From contig CT868130.1 in assembly GCA_000165425.1 (NCBI GenBank), forward strand, positions 1 through 64,000: DNA of 64,000 nucleotides, written 5' to 3'. The first letter of the stretch is position 1. Each line of letters begins with the position of its first letter. A program made the position numbers and the translations under genes. The notes below the pieces were generated by a model. That model had not been told where the DNA came from, searched no databases, and saw only the letters and a list, made by a program, of their open reading frames with translations. This stretch comes from Paramecium tetraurelia. Its lineage: Eukaryota. This document shows positions 14,560-28,270 of this stretch, piece by piece.

Positions 14560-15242
14560 GATTACTTTAGAAGGGAGTGAGGAAATAAGATAGGCTGTAG
14601 AAAGTCAAGTCAAGAAGCCAATCGAATGGAGAATCATATGAAAGATGCCAAAGCTAATGAAATTCCTATAATTGAGGAACGGATGTCTGATGCCGAATCA
14701 GTCAGGAGTTACAAATGTTTAGAAAGATGAAGATTAACCCCAAGGCGGGATAGTGGTAAAACAAAGGAGTGAGGTAGAAAAGGAAGTGATTGAGATAGGA
14801 GGAGTGGAAAATGTTTTCAATCACATGAGTTAGAACCTAGGAGAATAGGGAAGGGAGCTTGAATTCATTCCTGGAAATATTTTTCCAAGAGTTTGGCTGT
14901 AGTAATTACCTGAAACTGTATATTAAATTGAACTGGGACTTTATCGAGAGATCGAAACTGTCTTCGGAGTAGCATTATTTATAAAAAAGAGAAGTAATGT
15001 TCAGAAGAGATAAAGAAAATTTTATTGAGAAGCAAGGGTTAGTTGAAGCTGATGGGAAATTGAAACCAATAGAGGATTAAGTAAAGGGGCTTCCATCAGT
15101 AATTGACTTTTTGTATATTGGATCAGATATCTAGGTATTCTATAAGGAACACAACATTCCCTGCATACTAGTAGTAAGAATGGAGACTTAATTTGGAGCT
15201 AAACTGTATTGTGGAAAATTGGAGAAGTTGAATACCCTTTGA
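14560..15242 (+). pseudogene. Orphan frameshifted ORF, possibly a retroelement ORF1-like or accessory gene
   Basis: Purine-rich, GNN-codon-rich frames (...EVEKEVIEIGGVENVFNHMSQNLGEQGRELEFIPGNIFPRVWLQ.../...KGLPSVIDFLYIGSDIQVFYKEHNIPCILVVRME...). A minus-strand ORF 15292..14702 is also open, so the strand is not certain. Confidence 0.4.
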
Positions 15243-15400
15243 AATGGGAGATAATAATCAATGGCTGAAATGACGCATAAATCAATATCCATTATTATTA
15301 TATATATATAGAGAAAAAGCAAAAGAGAATCGACACTGAAATAATAATAATAACGAAAATATTTTCAATCAGAGAGAAAAAGACAGATCGAAAATCGACT

Positions 15401-15600
15401 AACCTGCGCCTAGGCTGTACTTATCTCGAGCTGCGGATCCCCATGTGCCACTAGGATAAGCCTCGACTTTCGGTTCCATTGATATTATCGCCGTTATAGG
15501 GGCTTTGGGCAATGCATGAAGGAGCCGTCAGCGCTGTCCAGGACCACCACGATTTCATGTCCCAAGAATTAACTTTTATCCAGGGGACTCCCTTCGAAAT
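15401..15600 (+). other. GC-rich (102/200 = 51%) island with foldable stems; candidate structured RNA or retroelement UTR
   Basis: Stems CTTATC/GATAAG (15420-25/15455-60), TTGGG+GCATGAAG / TTTCATGT+CCCAA (15505-21/15553-65) and AGGG-gact-CCCT (15582-93). Confidence 0.45.
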
Positions 15601-15619
15601 AAAAGTTAATTAATTTTAA

Positions 15620-16680
15620 TTACTGAAATAATATTTTGAAAAACAAAAATCATTAACAGAATCTTAAAAAGTATAGAATTTACATGAAGACTTTGATTCA
15701 TTTTACAATTACTACTTAAAGAAGATATATAAAAAGAAGATAATAAATAAAAAAAGAGTCAGACTACAGTAAATAAAACAACTTCATAAAACCATCTCGC
15801 TCCAGGATTAATTCAGAAATCTATTTGTACAAAATAGAAATTCCTTTTAAATTATTGAAGATACGATCATAACAAATAAAGAAAAAAGAGATGGGGGATT
15901 CTACAATTGCTTTATAAACGAAAGTTAAGAACTGATCACTGGCTTAAAGTATTTTCTAATTGCTTCGAGCAATTAGGAAATATTCAAAACTAATAAAATA
16001 TGAACCTCTAACTATTTCCAAGCTCCAACCTTTAACATAAAATCAGATTTTAGGTTTACAGAAATAAATAGCTTTTGACAAAAGCATTATCATACAATTG
16101 CATAACTCATTAGTTGATAAATGGAACCTTTTAAAAGATGTCTGGGGACCTAAGACTTTTGATGTTAACAAAAAGATAGGATGGGTAAGACCAATTCCCC
16201 TAAACAATGTTCATCCAAAAATTCCGACAAAAGAATAATTTCGACCATCTAGTGATACTAAGTCCTCTCTTTAAATTTATAGAGCTCAAATTCTATTAAT
16301 AATTAATGGATTATATGATATATAGATTAAACTGGTTTCATAAAAGGGTACGGCACTTAAACTAATTTGTTGATAATTAAGGATATATTAAAAAAAAATT
16401 ACACAAAAAAGGTCAAAAAGTCATTATCTTTGTTGACTTTTCCAGCGCATATAACACCAATGACAGATATCGATTTTATTAATTATTGTCAATGAATAAC
16501 ATTTTACCTGAAGAAGAAATAAGATTTTTACAAGCAATACACAGTAGGATATTATACATCCCCACAATATGTAAAGAAAAATTTCATTATAAAAATGGAG
16601 TCCCCTAATGCTCTCCTATGTCCCCTCTATTTTTTAATGTATACATGAATAATTGTCTGAAAAATTATCTTAAAAACTTG
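15620..16680 (+). mobile_element. Truncated, frameshifted non-LTR (LINE-type) retrotransposon reverse transcriptase
   Basis: RT motifs in the correct order: RPIPLNNVHPKIPTKEQFRP-LVILSPLFKFIE (~16190-16285), QTGFIKGYGT, IFVDFSSAYNT (16426-16458), NGVPQCSPMSPLFFNVYM (16594-16647). Ends before YADD. No APE endonuclease seen. Confidence 0.9.
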
Positions 16681-16799
16681 TATTTTATTATCTTCCTCTA
16701 ACAATAAATTATATGTAATTAAGTGTAAAGCACTCATGTGCTATATCCATCAAAAAAAAGGTCAAACCATTCAAATTTAAATGAGAAGATCAAACTATT

Positions 16800-17770
16800 T
16801 ACACCTGGTTAACGCTTCTCTATACCATGCATCATGAATTCTACTATTTTTAAACTTCTTCGCTTAAATGTTTCATTTTAGAAACTGAATATTGCAAATG
16901 TGTGGACGCTCTTACTCCTATAAATAATTTCTAAATTACCACTTGTTTTGAGGATGCTTTCATCTGAAATCTAAATGTATGTATATCATGTATTATTTCA
17001 AGTTTAACTTACTCAAACAATATAAATCAGTGATAATAATTTAGTTGTATTTTTCTAAAATTCGAAATCCACATTCTGTTCATTTTGTATATCGGTTAAT
17101 TAAAAAAAAAATTCCTTATAATTTTATCTTACAAAAACAATGAAAAATTAAGACATCCAATCTTATTTATGATTCTATTTCAGTATAACTAAACAATTAC
17201 ACTTCTATGAATTTCAAAATTCTATGTAATATCTGTCTTGCTCTACTTATTTTTGGATTAAATGAACAAACCAATTGATGATAGCTGATTCTACTAATGC
17301 TCTGATTGAATTATAATCAAGATGATTTATTAATTTCACTCTTCAAGATTAAATCAGTCGTTAATTTCTGTTATTTTTTGTGATGAATTAACATTATCAA
17401 ACCTGAGAGTTATAAGGGAAAGAATTAAATTCTATAAATGTTTATTATGGACTTAATTTCTTAAACTTGCGCCTTCAAGTAGAAAATAACTTTATAAAAA
17501 TCAATAATTTAATATTTGAAACGGTATTTGGGTTGATCGAGATTCACACTTGAGCTGCATGATTGTTCATATCTGCTTCCACTTAAATGAATGAATTACA
17601 TCCACATACACATATTAGAAAGAATGATTCAATTAAATTGATTTCTATCTTGAGTTCATTGCTAATAATACATTTTAAAAATACATTGTTCTCCTCCAGT
17701 ATTGCTATCATCTTTCTACTTGATTGAATATCTATGTAACATTAATACTTGCGCCTCAAAGAAAGTTAAA
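16800..17770 (-). pseudogene. Decayed coding remnant of unknown family
   Basis: Short protein-like minus-strand frames (FEAQVLMLHRYSIKQKDDSNTGGEQC..., FLLEGASLRNQ...) broken by TGAs. Confidence 0.25.
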
Positions 17771-17884
17771 CTACCTGTTTTATAAGTTTTATTTTGTAAG
17801 ATTTAACTAAAAGAAAAGTTAATCAATAATAACAGAATAATACAATAATGATTATTAAAAATAGTAATTTTTGGTTTAATTACT

Positions 17885-19463
<1,579 letters not shown>

Positions 19464-19563
19464 GTATAATTTGTTGAATTTAGAATTAAAGAATTAAATA
19501 TTTTTTTAATTTGAACTTGTTTATGAAAAGTGATTTGGTATAATTGTCAGGTAAGTGATAAGC

Positions 19564-21600
19564 ATGAAATTTATTCAATTTTATCTATTGTTGCACTTTT
19601 ATTTTATTGAAGCTTCGTGCAAACGAGTAGTGAATATGTTTTATACCCATAAAATCCTCAATTTTTTCCATTTTTGAACTACTAGGTTTCATTAAATCTT
19701 ATCATAAACATTTGCAGTTCATTTAAAATTCGAATTCAAATACAGGAAGATTTCAATGGATGCCTGTTAATTACATTTACTAATAACCCCTTTATTACAT
19801 GAAAATTTATCTAATTCTACATCTGGCTAAGGGTGGTCGTGATTTTCCTCATTAAATACTGTTTTCTTTAACTTGTTTACTTCTTGAAGTAATAATAGAA
19901 ATAACCTAAATGAATAATTTCAATTATTAAAATAATAGTGTCTATTACATGAAATCTAATTTTTTCATTTTAATTTCACTCTCTTTGTTATCTAATTAAA
20001 ACACAGATAATAAAGTAACAAAAAATTATAACTTCCTTAGAATATATATTAGCTACAATAAATTTTAAACTAGTTGCTTTCCATTCTTTAACTTTCATTA
20101 AAAGCATGAATGAATTTCCAGACAATTTCAAGAACTATTTCTTTATTCAAACCATTTAAATATTGCAGTTAACGTTGAATCTAATTCTTCAATACAAATA
20201 ATTCGAATGCAATCTTATCATCTAGTGTTTGGTTTTATCTAAATAATGAATATCATCATAGTTTGTTATGAAAATACCATTGGAAAACAGATTAATTTAA
20301 TAGAATTTTTCAATTTCGTATTTAATGATTTGAGTAATAATTATTTAAATCTACAGATCTTCAAAAGAAGATATCTCATCATAATTACACGCATTTCGAA
20401 TTTGCAAAATGATACTCCTTTAAGTAGTCTTTGACTTATTTCTTGTCCTTTTATTTTTACCAAAATTTTTATAATTATTAAATATAATATGTTTGAAATG
20501 ATAGGAACCAAGATGAACTAAAATTATATTGTAAAATTGTAATTTAATTACTCAAAAGTAAATCAAGTTACAAAGTAGTAAGACTTTAAAAAAATAATAT
20601 TTTCAATTATAAATTTTATAGTTTTTATTAAAATCATTCTGCTATTATTGAATAAACTCATAATGGATTTTCTTCTGACTTACTCATGATACTTTTTATT
20701 AAATAATCATCAAAACTTTTTTGGTTATGCAGGGCTTAATATAAGGATTAAAATATTTACCAGCTTATAAATTATATCTTTATTTTGATTTCAAAAAATC
20801 AATTACAAATTTTCTTATTAAATACTAATCCAAAATACATAGTATTATATTAACCAGCAAAAAGATTATTTATAAAATTATCGGAAGGATAAACTACTCA
20901 ACCTCTAAGTACATCAAAACCAATGGAGCAATCATCAAACAATATAAAAGAACACTCCTATAAATAATAAAATATACATTTTACAAGTTAGAACTTTTGG
21001 ATATTATGTATTCTTTGAAAAAAATTAATGAGTGAACAGAGAAACAAATTGAAAGAATTTAGAAGAAAACCTTAATTAAAATAAAGAATCAATACAACTC
21101 CTATCTATATGATTAAAAATAGCATCTTAAATTTATCCTAAATTGAGTAAGCAATAAGAAAAATCAAATAAGTAATTAATATTCCACATTCAATTACTAA
21201 TATATATATAGCTCTTTATTGTTTATTTTTGTTAATTACCTTTTTCTAGCCAATTCCCTTACTTCTTCTGAGTATTTCCCATTTTTTTTGATTAAAATAG
21301 AATCTTTAGTTTTTTTTAATTTAGCATTTTCTTGGTTCATTATAATAATTAATTTATAAAAATATTTCTGTGTTCCTAAATATTATGATAAACATAATAA
21401 ATTTTGGAGTATATCAACTATCATTAGCTACACTATAAAATAACATTATTTCATATAATAACTCAAAAGAGCTCATTCTTTAGAGGTAGAACTAAAGAAA
21501 AATTAATAATTAAATTTTCTAAAACCAAGAATTATATAAAAAGAAGAAGAAAATAAAAACATGGAAAGGGATAGAGTTATAAGATATTCTTAGTTTAACA
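19564..21600 (+). pseudogene. Decayed secreted or membrane protein gene
   Basis: Signal-peptide-like start MKFIQFYLLLHFYFIEASCK. Downstream frames are broken by TGAs and shifts. End uncertain. Confidence 0.3.
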
Positions 21601-21679
21601 ATGTAATCTATTTAAGGAATAATAAGAGTAGGAAGAGTCACTTTTACAATATATTTGAACTTAATTAAAAATTAAAAAA

Positions 21680-22054
21680 TCATCCACTTGTATATTTGGT
21701 GACTGCTTTGGTTCCTTCTGAGATGGCATGTCTGGCCAATTCTCCTGGGAGTAACAATTTGACAGCAGTTTAGATTTCCCTTGAACTAAGAGTTCTTCTC
21801 TTGTTAAATCTGACTAATTTGCTGGCTTCAAGAGCAATTCTGTCGAAAATATCATTGATGAATGAATTCATGATGTTCATGGCCTTTCTAGAAACACCAA
21901 TTTCTGGGTGAACTTATCTCAAGACTTTGTAGATATATAAAGCAAATGTTTCTTATCTTCTTCTTGCCTTCTTCTTTTCATCTGTGGGTTTTTTAGTTTT
22001 AACTGTCTTAACTGTTTTTTTTGCTTCAGCTTTTGGTGATTTTGTTGGGCCCAT
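21680..22054 (-). CDS. H2B: Histone H2B
   Basis: [13 protein letters not shown]...[46 protein letters not shown]...[24 protein letters not shown]. 124 aa, intronless. Confidence 0.98.
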
Positions 22055-22111
22055 TTTAATTAATATTTTAAACTGAAAACCCAAGCGCTATTTTTAAAGA
22101 AAATTCTTTAA

Positions 22112-22157
22112 TCTGATTGGCTGATTAAGGATAATTGTGTATCTAACTTTTCATTGG
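22112..22157 (-). promoter_or_regulatory. Two CCAAT boxes upstream of H2B
   Basis: ATTGG on + at 22116-22120 (context TCTGATTGG) and 22153-22157, 60-100 nt upstream of the H2B ATG. CCAAT boxes are typical of histone promoters. Confidence 0.55.
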
Positions 22158-22356
22158 TTGTTCTACATAAAAAATGGCTAAAATACTTCCAAAATAGTGC
22201 AGCACAATGGAATACACTTCATTTTTCATCAATTTTAGTACTTTCATCTCTCTATTAGCCTTTATTAATAAAATAAAGAACTTAATTAATTTAATTTTTA
22301 TAATAATACACCCCCTCTATCTCTACTCATTTAATATAAAATGAATAATAATTTAT

Positions 22357-22720
22357 ATGTCTAACGAATATGAATCAAAAATATTGTTTGCTATTTACCG
22401 TCTATATAAGTCTGAATAAATTAATGAAGAACAAAGAGGAGAACTAAAAGGTAATTTATGAATAACCCCTTTAAGATCTACTAATAACAAAGAATAATCA
22501 AATTATGAATCTTCTTGAACCCTACGAAGAAGCCTTATTAACAATATTCGATAACCATTCCGATGCAACGTCGTTATGCAGTTAAAAATCATACAAAAAT
22601 TTGAGACCATCTAAACTAGATATTAGACCTGCTTATAGAAAGTCTTTGCAAGATATCTCTTAGAGTATCAATCATTAGAGTTTGTCAACTATGTTCAAAA
22701 AGAAAAAGTTCGTTAATTGA
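22357..22720 (+). CDS. Small hypothetical protein
   Basis: MSNEYESKILFAIYRLYKSEQINEEQRGELK|DLLITKNNQIMNLL... One 25-nt intron (22451-22475) restores the frame. 112 aa, TGA stop. Confidence 0.8.
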
Positions 22721-23327
22721 TTTACTTATATAGACACTTATTATATTATCGTATTAAGCAAAATCGAAAAGTTTTAAGTTTCTATCATATTCATAATTAA
22801 TGTTTATTGCAAAATAATAAGAAATAAGTAAGAATTTGTTTTCTCTGCTAGATTGAAATTAAACTTTTGGAGAATAATTGAATCAAACAACTAAAGAGCA
22901 TTCATACTTTTTGAAATTATCGACATTCAGAACAAACATATTAAATTTTAATGCATCATTATTTATACTATCTTATTACTTTTCTAACACTTCAAACTTG
23001 AGTGATTTTGTCAAGAAGATTTTAAGTCTTTTTATTTCAATAAATAGAATATTTTATTATATTATGCTAATACATTTTTATTTAATTACTCTTCCCAAGA
23101 TTAGACCTTTTATAAATATGAGTTGTCGTAAATATTCTCAAAAATATCTTTAAATTTTGAAAATAGTATTAAGACTTAAAATCTAACAAAAATCTATTCT
23201 ATTGATAAAGAGGACGGCTTTGAGTGATATTATTTTGAATGCTAGATTATTTTAGGTTCACTTATTTATGGTTTTAAACAGATTTAAATGCAGTATTTTC
23301 ATTAACTATTGAAAATTAATTAAATTT

Positions 23328-23906
23328 ATGGAACCTTATTTCAATAAATCCTATCTGTTAAAGAAAGAAAATAGTAAATGATTAAGAAAAATTGTTATCT
23401 AAAATTAACAAATACTAAAAGCAGAATAGATACCTCCGCACCATGGAGACCATCTCATTCACTCTCAAAATGTAATAATAAATATTTAAATGGTATAAGT
23501 TTCATTTAATTGAATTTTAGCTGAAGAGAACAAGATAGTTTATGAAAATAACATACTTCTAAATAAGATGGTTAATATTTAAAAATAAGGAAATAAAAGT
23601 AATAAGTCAATGCCTCAAATACCAAAATCTCAATAAATGACCAAAAGAATATAAATAGAAAAACTACAATAAGAAATTTGGTACTAATTGATTATATTCA
23701 AGCAACTACTGAACAGATTGTAGACTGCCTAAGCTACATATAATGGGTACCTGATGATTAGAGAAATCAAGCATATAAATAATTGCTTAGACCAAGTGAT
23801 TTATAAATTTACATTAGAAATTCAACAGCATGATTACAACGAGCTAGCAAGAAAACAATTAGGGTCAAGGTCAGCTGCTAGATTTAATGAAATTCCAGAT
23901 TCATGA
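23328..23906 (+). pseudogene. CFAP97/Hemingway (KIAA1430)-domain-like pseudogene
   Basis: KLTNTKSRIDTSAPWRP...KIVYENNILLNKMVNIQ motif and intron-like GTA..AG segments. Several 1-nt frameshifts are needed to join the frames. Confidence 0.55.
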
Positions 23907-23908
23907 TA

Positions 23909-24760
23909 ATGGATGTTAATTTTGAATTATCCAATCCTCCATATAATTATTATTGCTTATTTTCAGTTTCTTTATTTTTAGATAATAGGTGATTAATTTT
24001 TATAAAATATTAAACTCATACAACCAAGAAAATAAATTGGATTCCTAATATATAATAGGATAACTCAATTAGAAGTAGTAGCCCATAAATCAACTTTGAC
24101 TAGTATCTAAAGTATAAGAATAATGCAAATCAATTCAAAGAAGTTGTAAGGAGATTTTCAATAATCAAAATTTCCTATATGATCAATGAATGCATAATTT
24201 TCATAAAATCTCATTTGAAATGCCGTAAAAGATTTTAACTAGCTATTATTTTTCCAGAATAGCAATTTAACTTTGATAATTAAGATCATAAATATTGAGC
24301 AACTTTCAATATAAGATTATAACTTCATTTATAAAATAAATTATTATGAGTTATATAATTTGACGAAACTCTACATAATTTATGATAATAAAGTAAAATG
24401 AAAAAAAGGAGATTGTTCTACAAAATATATTTTTCATTTAATTTTCAAGTCATTAAATTAATTTAAGCTTGAACTCACTAATATTGATGTTTTAATTATG
24501 TTAGAAACAACAGTTGCTTATAAATTTTGATTATAAATCCTCAATGAATATTAAATTATGGAAATATGTAGCATTCAATATAAAATTAATATTGAACAAA
24601 TCAAATATTTATAACAACTGATGTTCTGAATAGTAAATAATAATCTGAATCCTCAAATTCTATTTCAAACCCAATATGTAGTATTTCTTTTCTAGTTTAA
24701 ATTATATAATCCAATCTCAAGTAATTCAAAATATCTAAAGTACTTTTAGTAATTTGTTCA
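23909..24760 (+). pseudogene. Decayed hypothetical gene
   Basis: ATG, a putative intron and protein-like frames interrupted by TGAs and frameshifts. Confidence 0.3.
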
Positions 24761-24831
24761 ATTTTTAGAAAACATTGATATTGTTATTGATCTTCATTAT
24801 TATTATTAAACTCTAAAAATATCAACAAAAA

Positions 24832-25125
24832 ATGGCTGAAGATTTTGTCTCTTTTAGCTAGGAGCCAAGATCAAAAGAACTATAAAACAAGTTTAAATAA
24901 TGAAAGAAAATCTTCTTAATTTTTCTGCAATAAATTTTTAAAAGTTTAATAATCAAAGGTTGACCATAACATAAGAACTTGAACTTATATTTGTTGTGGA
25001 ATCCGGTGTATATTGACATTCATTGGAGGATAAATTCCATTTTGTTGTAAACCTTGCAAAGAGTTGTCCAACACTGTCCAGGGTGTAATCAAAAAGTAGG
25101 AGAAGCTCCAATTACTCCTTGTTGA
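24832..25125 (+). pseudogene. LITAF-like zinc-ribbon protein pseudogene
   Basis: TYICCGIRCILTFIGRQIPFCCKPCK / VVQHCPGCNQKVGEAPITPC* matches the LITAF IPF..HxCPxC pattern. Internal TGAs and frameshifts. Confidence 0.65.
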
Positions 25126-26378
25126 AAAATATTCAATGAACAATAATATAAATTTATTTTAATCATAGAGTCGACAAATCAACTACTTTCAATATTTCAG
25201 CTTTCTTACTAACGACAAAAATTTTTGATAATGAAGAAATGGTTAGAATATATCCTAAAATACAATAAAATATAAATGTAGTCTTTTCATTCACCCTATT
25301 ATGCTGCTATTATATTCATTGAAATTGTTTCCCCAGCAATAAACAAAGTCACAAATAACCCCCATTTGTTAAATTAAGCATGTTGAAGCAATTATCTCAA
25401 TAAAACAATAACAATCCAAACACACATTTAAATGTTTCCATAGATACTACAGTTGTATTGATTCCAATGAATAAACAGATGACCTGTTAGTTAAATAATT
25501 AGAAGGAAGATTACTAAATCCGTTGTCCTAAAACAATAATTCATTAATTATAGTATATATTAAATAAACCTCATTCTCTATCTGGAAAATATTGAAAATC
25601 CATAAGAACCAATTTTTTTGTGCGATCATAATTAAAGGAAAATTATAGATTTTATTTTGTATTTTATTCAAATAGATGTTAAATAATAGTCTTAATAATT
25701 AATTCATATATAACATAAATTTAGTTTAATAATGTTAATTTTTTTTTGCCCAATATTGTTTTAATACTTTTCAAAATTTATTGAATTGATTTTTTTTAAA
25801 AGCGTCTGAATTTTAGATATAGTTCTCCTCTTTTAAGAAAAAACTAAGGCTAATAAGATTTGAAATCATCGTATTATTTATAGGTAAAAAGTAGTTATTA
25901 ACATACATATTTTTGTTTTCCTTTTTATATAAAAAAGAAGGATTCATCTAACATTTAAGTGAATAATTGATTGGTAATAAAATTGTTTAGATAAAATTAA
26001 CATGTTCGATAAAATACATTATTTATGAAGCATTTATTGGAAGATTAAAACGAATAAATGGCAAAGAAATGATTCTATTCATAATTAGTAAATCAGAATT
26101 TATTCTCCATAATCTCATTAATCATGTAGAAAAATATTTAGCACCAAAATATAGAAATCATCATGTAAATCAATATCAAATGAATAATGTTTTATTAAAT
26201 GTTTCTGATTGGAAACGAGAAATGAAGTTTATAAATGTAATTAATTATACTCTTAAAAATATTTTTAAGAGTGGTAGAGAATTTATAAAGGCCTTTTTTT
26301 TATTGAAATTTTGGGTTATTATGTGACATTTGGCGTGAAATATAATTTTAATAATAAAAATAATTCGTTAAATTAAAA

Positions 26379-28236
26379 ATGTATTTGGCTTAGAAATAGA
26401 TGTACTCATAACATCCATCTTATACTAATGGATCATCACAAAATGTTAAAAAGATGATTGAGAACTTTTCATATGGACTTCATTAATAAATTGGAAAAGG
26501 ATTCAGCAGTAAGGTCTATAAAGGACAAAATGAAGTCACAGGTGAGACAGTGGCTATTAAGGTAATATGAAGTCTATTTAGGTAATCGACAAAGCCTTAT
26601 TGAAGACACCGTTGCATCATGCCTTATTGCAAAGTGAAATTGAGGCACTTAGTACTTTAGATAGTCAATATATAATGAAATTATACAAAGTATGATATAA
26701 TCTTATGTCTTTAGGTATTTCAAACATAAAATAATACTTACTTGATTACAGAGTTTTGCGAAAATGGCGATTTGGGAAGCAAATTAACTAAGATTGGAAA
26801 ATTTCCAGAGCAACAAGCCCAAAACGTTATATTTGGATTGGTGAAAGCCTATAAATTACTGAAATAGAATGGTATAATACATAGGGACATTAAACCTGCT
26901 AATGTGTTATTGTCAGGATGTGGAACTCCAAAATTAGCAGACTTTGGATTTGCAACTACTCCTAATTCTCCTCCATTGTTACCTAATGTTAATGTTGGTA
27001 GTCCACTTTATATGAGTCCACAAGCCTTAAAAAACAATAAATATTCTGATAAATCTGACATTTGGGCTATTGGAGTTTCAGCCTTCGAGATAATATTTGG
27101 ATAAGTTCCTTGGTAGGCAACAAGTGAAAAGGAATTAGGATAGAAAATGGTGAGTGTGCCTTTAACATTCCCCTCATCCACTAAAGTTAGTTAAGAATGC
27201 AAGGAATTCATTAAACGTTGTTTAGTTGTAAATGAATAAGAAAGAGCATCAATAGATGAACTAGAAAAGCATCCTTGGATAAGAGGACCTGAATTAGCCT
27301 TCTAAGTTAATAAATAACCAGCCTTATTGAAATAAAAAACTTTAGAACAACCAAAGGAAGGCAAAGAAAATAGTGCCAAAAAATTACCTGGAGATTCTAT
27401 TCATAGAAGCGGAAAGAAGCACACTACTCAAATTACCAAACCTTTAGGATAATAATCAAAATAAAGTATTTTAATATATTAATCTATTAGCTGAAACCAG
27501 TTCTTTTGAAATCAAAAGTAACACTTCCAACATTGAATACACTATCATGTCTCAAATCAATTTTTGCAAGTATTTATTTAGAGTTGCGAATTTGATTGAA
27601 AGTACTAATCTTTTTAGATCTGAATTAATAAGGGACAAGTTATTATTCTTTGCTATTAAAAATATCATGATCAAAATGTATAAACTTAAAGACATTGTAA
27701 ATTATTTTATTCTATTTTAGGATTCCAATTCTCTTGATATTTAAGGATTTGATGCATACAAGACTTCAAGTTAGTTTTAATAAACATAAATTACTATTTA
27801 GTAACATTTTACTAAGTACTAATCTTACTTTAAAAATATTTGGTCCATGCTATAATCCAATAAAAATGAGTTGTCGATTGACAAAAAGTTTGATGCTGTT
27901 TTTGATGAAAATTTCACTGAATTCGAATCATTTTATATCATCTTTAATTCTGTATTGCGTCAAGCAATTAAGGAATTACAAAAGGAAATTGATAAAAAAT
28001 TAGGCTCAGATGACTTATCCAAAAGTCTACCCGTCGATATGGAAAAAGATGTGGTGTTATTGGATTACTTAGTCACATACTTTTAATTATCTCAATTGAC
28101 ATTGGAAACCTTTAATAAACCTTATGAATTCGCATAGAAATCAAAAATAGAACATATTGCAGAAGGCAGCCCTGTCAGATTGACATATGGACACTTTATT
28201 GAAATCAAAAATAAAATGAGTGACTTAGAAGTTTGA
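26379..28236 (+). CDS. Ser/Thr protein kinase with C-terminal extension (ULK/Atg1-like ciliate group, tentative)
   Basis: IGKGFSSKVYKG, VAIK, HRDIKPANV, DFG, GSPLYMSPQ, DIWAIG. About 4 short introns (first 26562-26581). Confidence 0.93.
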
Positions 28237-28270
28237 TTTTAATTTTACTTTATGGAATAATAAATTTATT

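Noticed and set aside
15401..15600. HDV-like or hammerhead ribozyme, RNase MRP/P
   Set aside because: Only partial resemblance: no CUGANGA core, no P1.1 GG after the putative P1, and imperfect P4 pairing. Left as an unclassified structured candidate.
15401..16680. Bacterial retron-like arrangement (ncRNA upstream of RT)
   Set aside because: The RT motifs (FRP, QTGF, GVPQ) are non-LTR type and use the ciliate code, and no msr/msd inverted repeats were seen.
26069..26326. Standard-code ORF without TAA/TAG, possible foreign gene
   Set aside because: Short, extremely AT-rich and motif-free, so compatible with chance or a decayed fragment.
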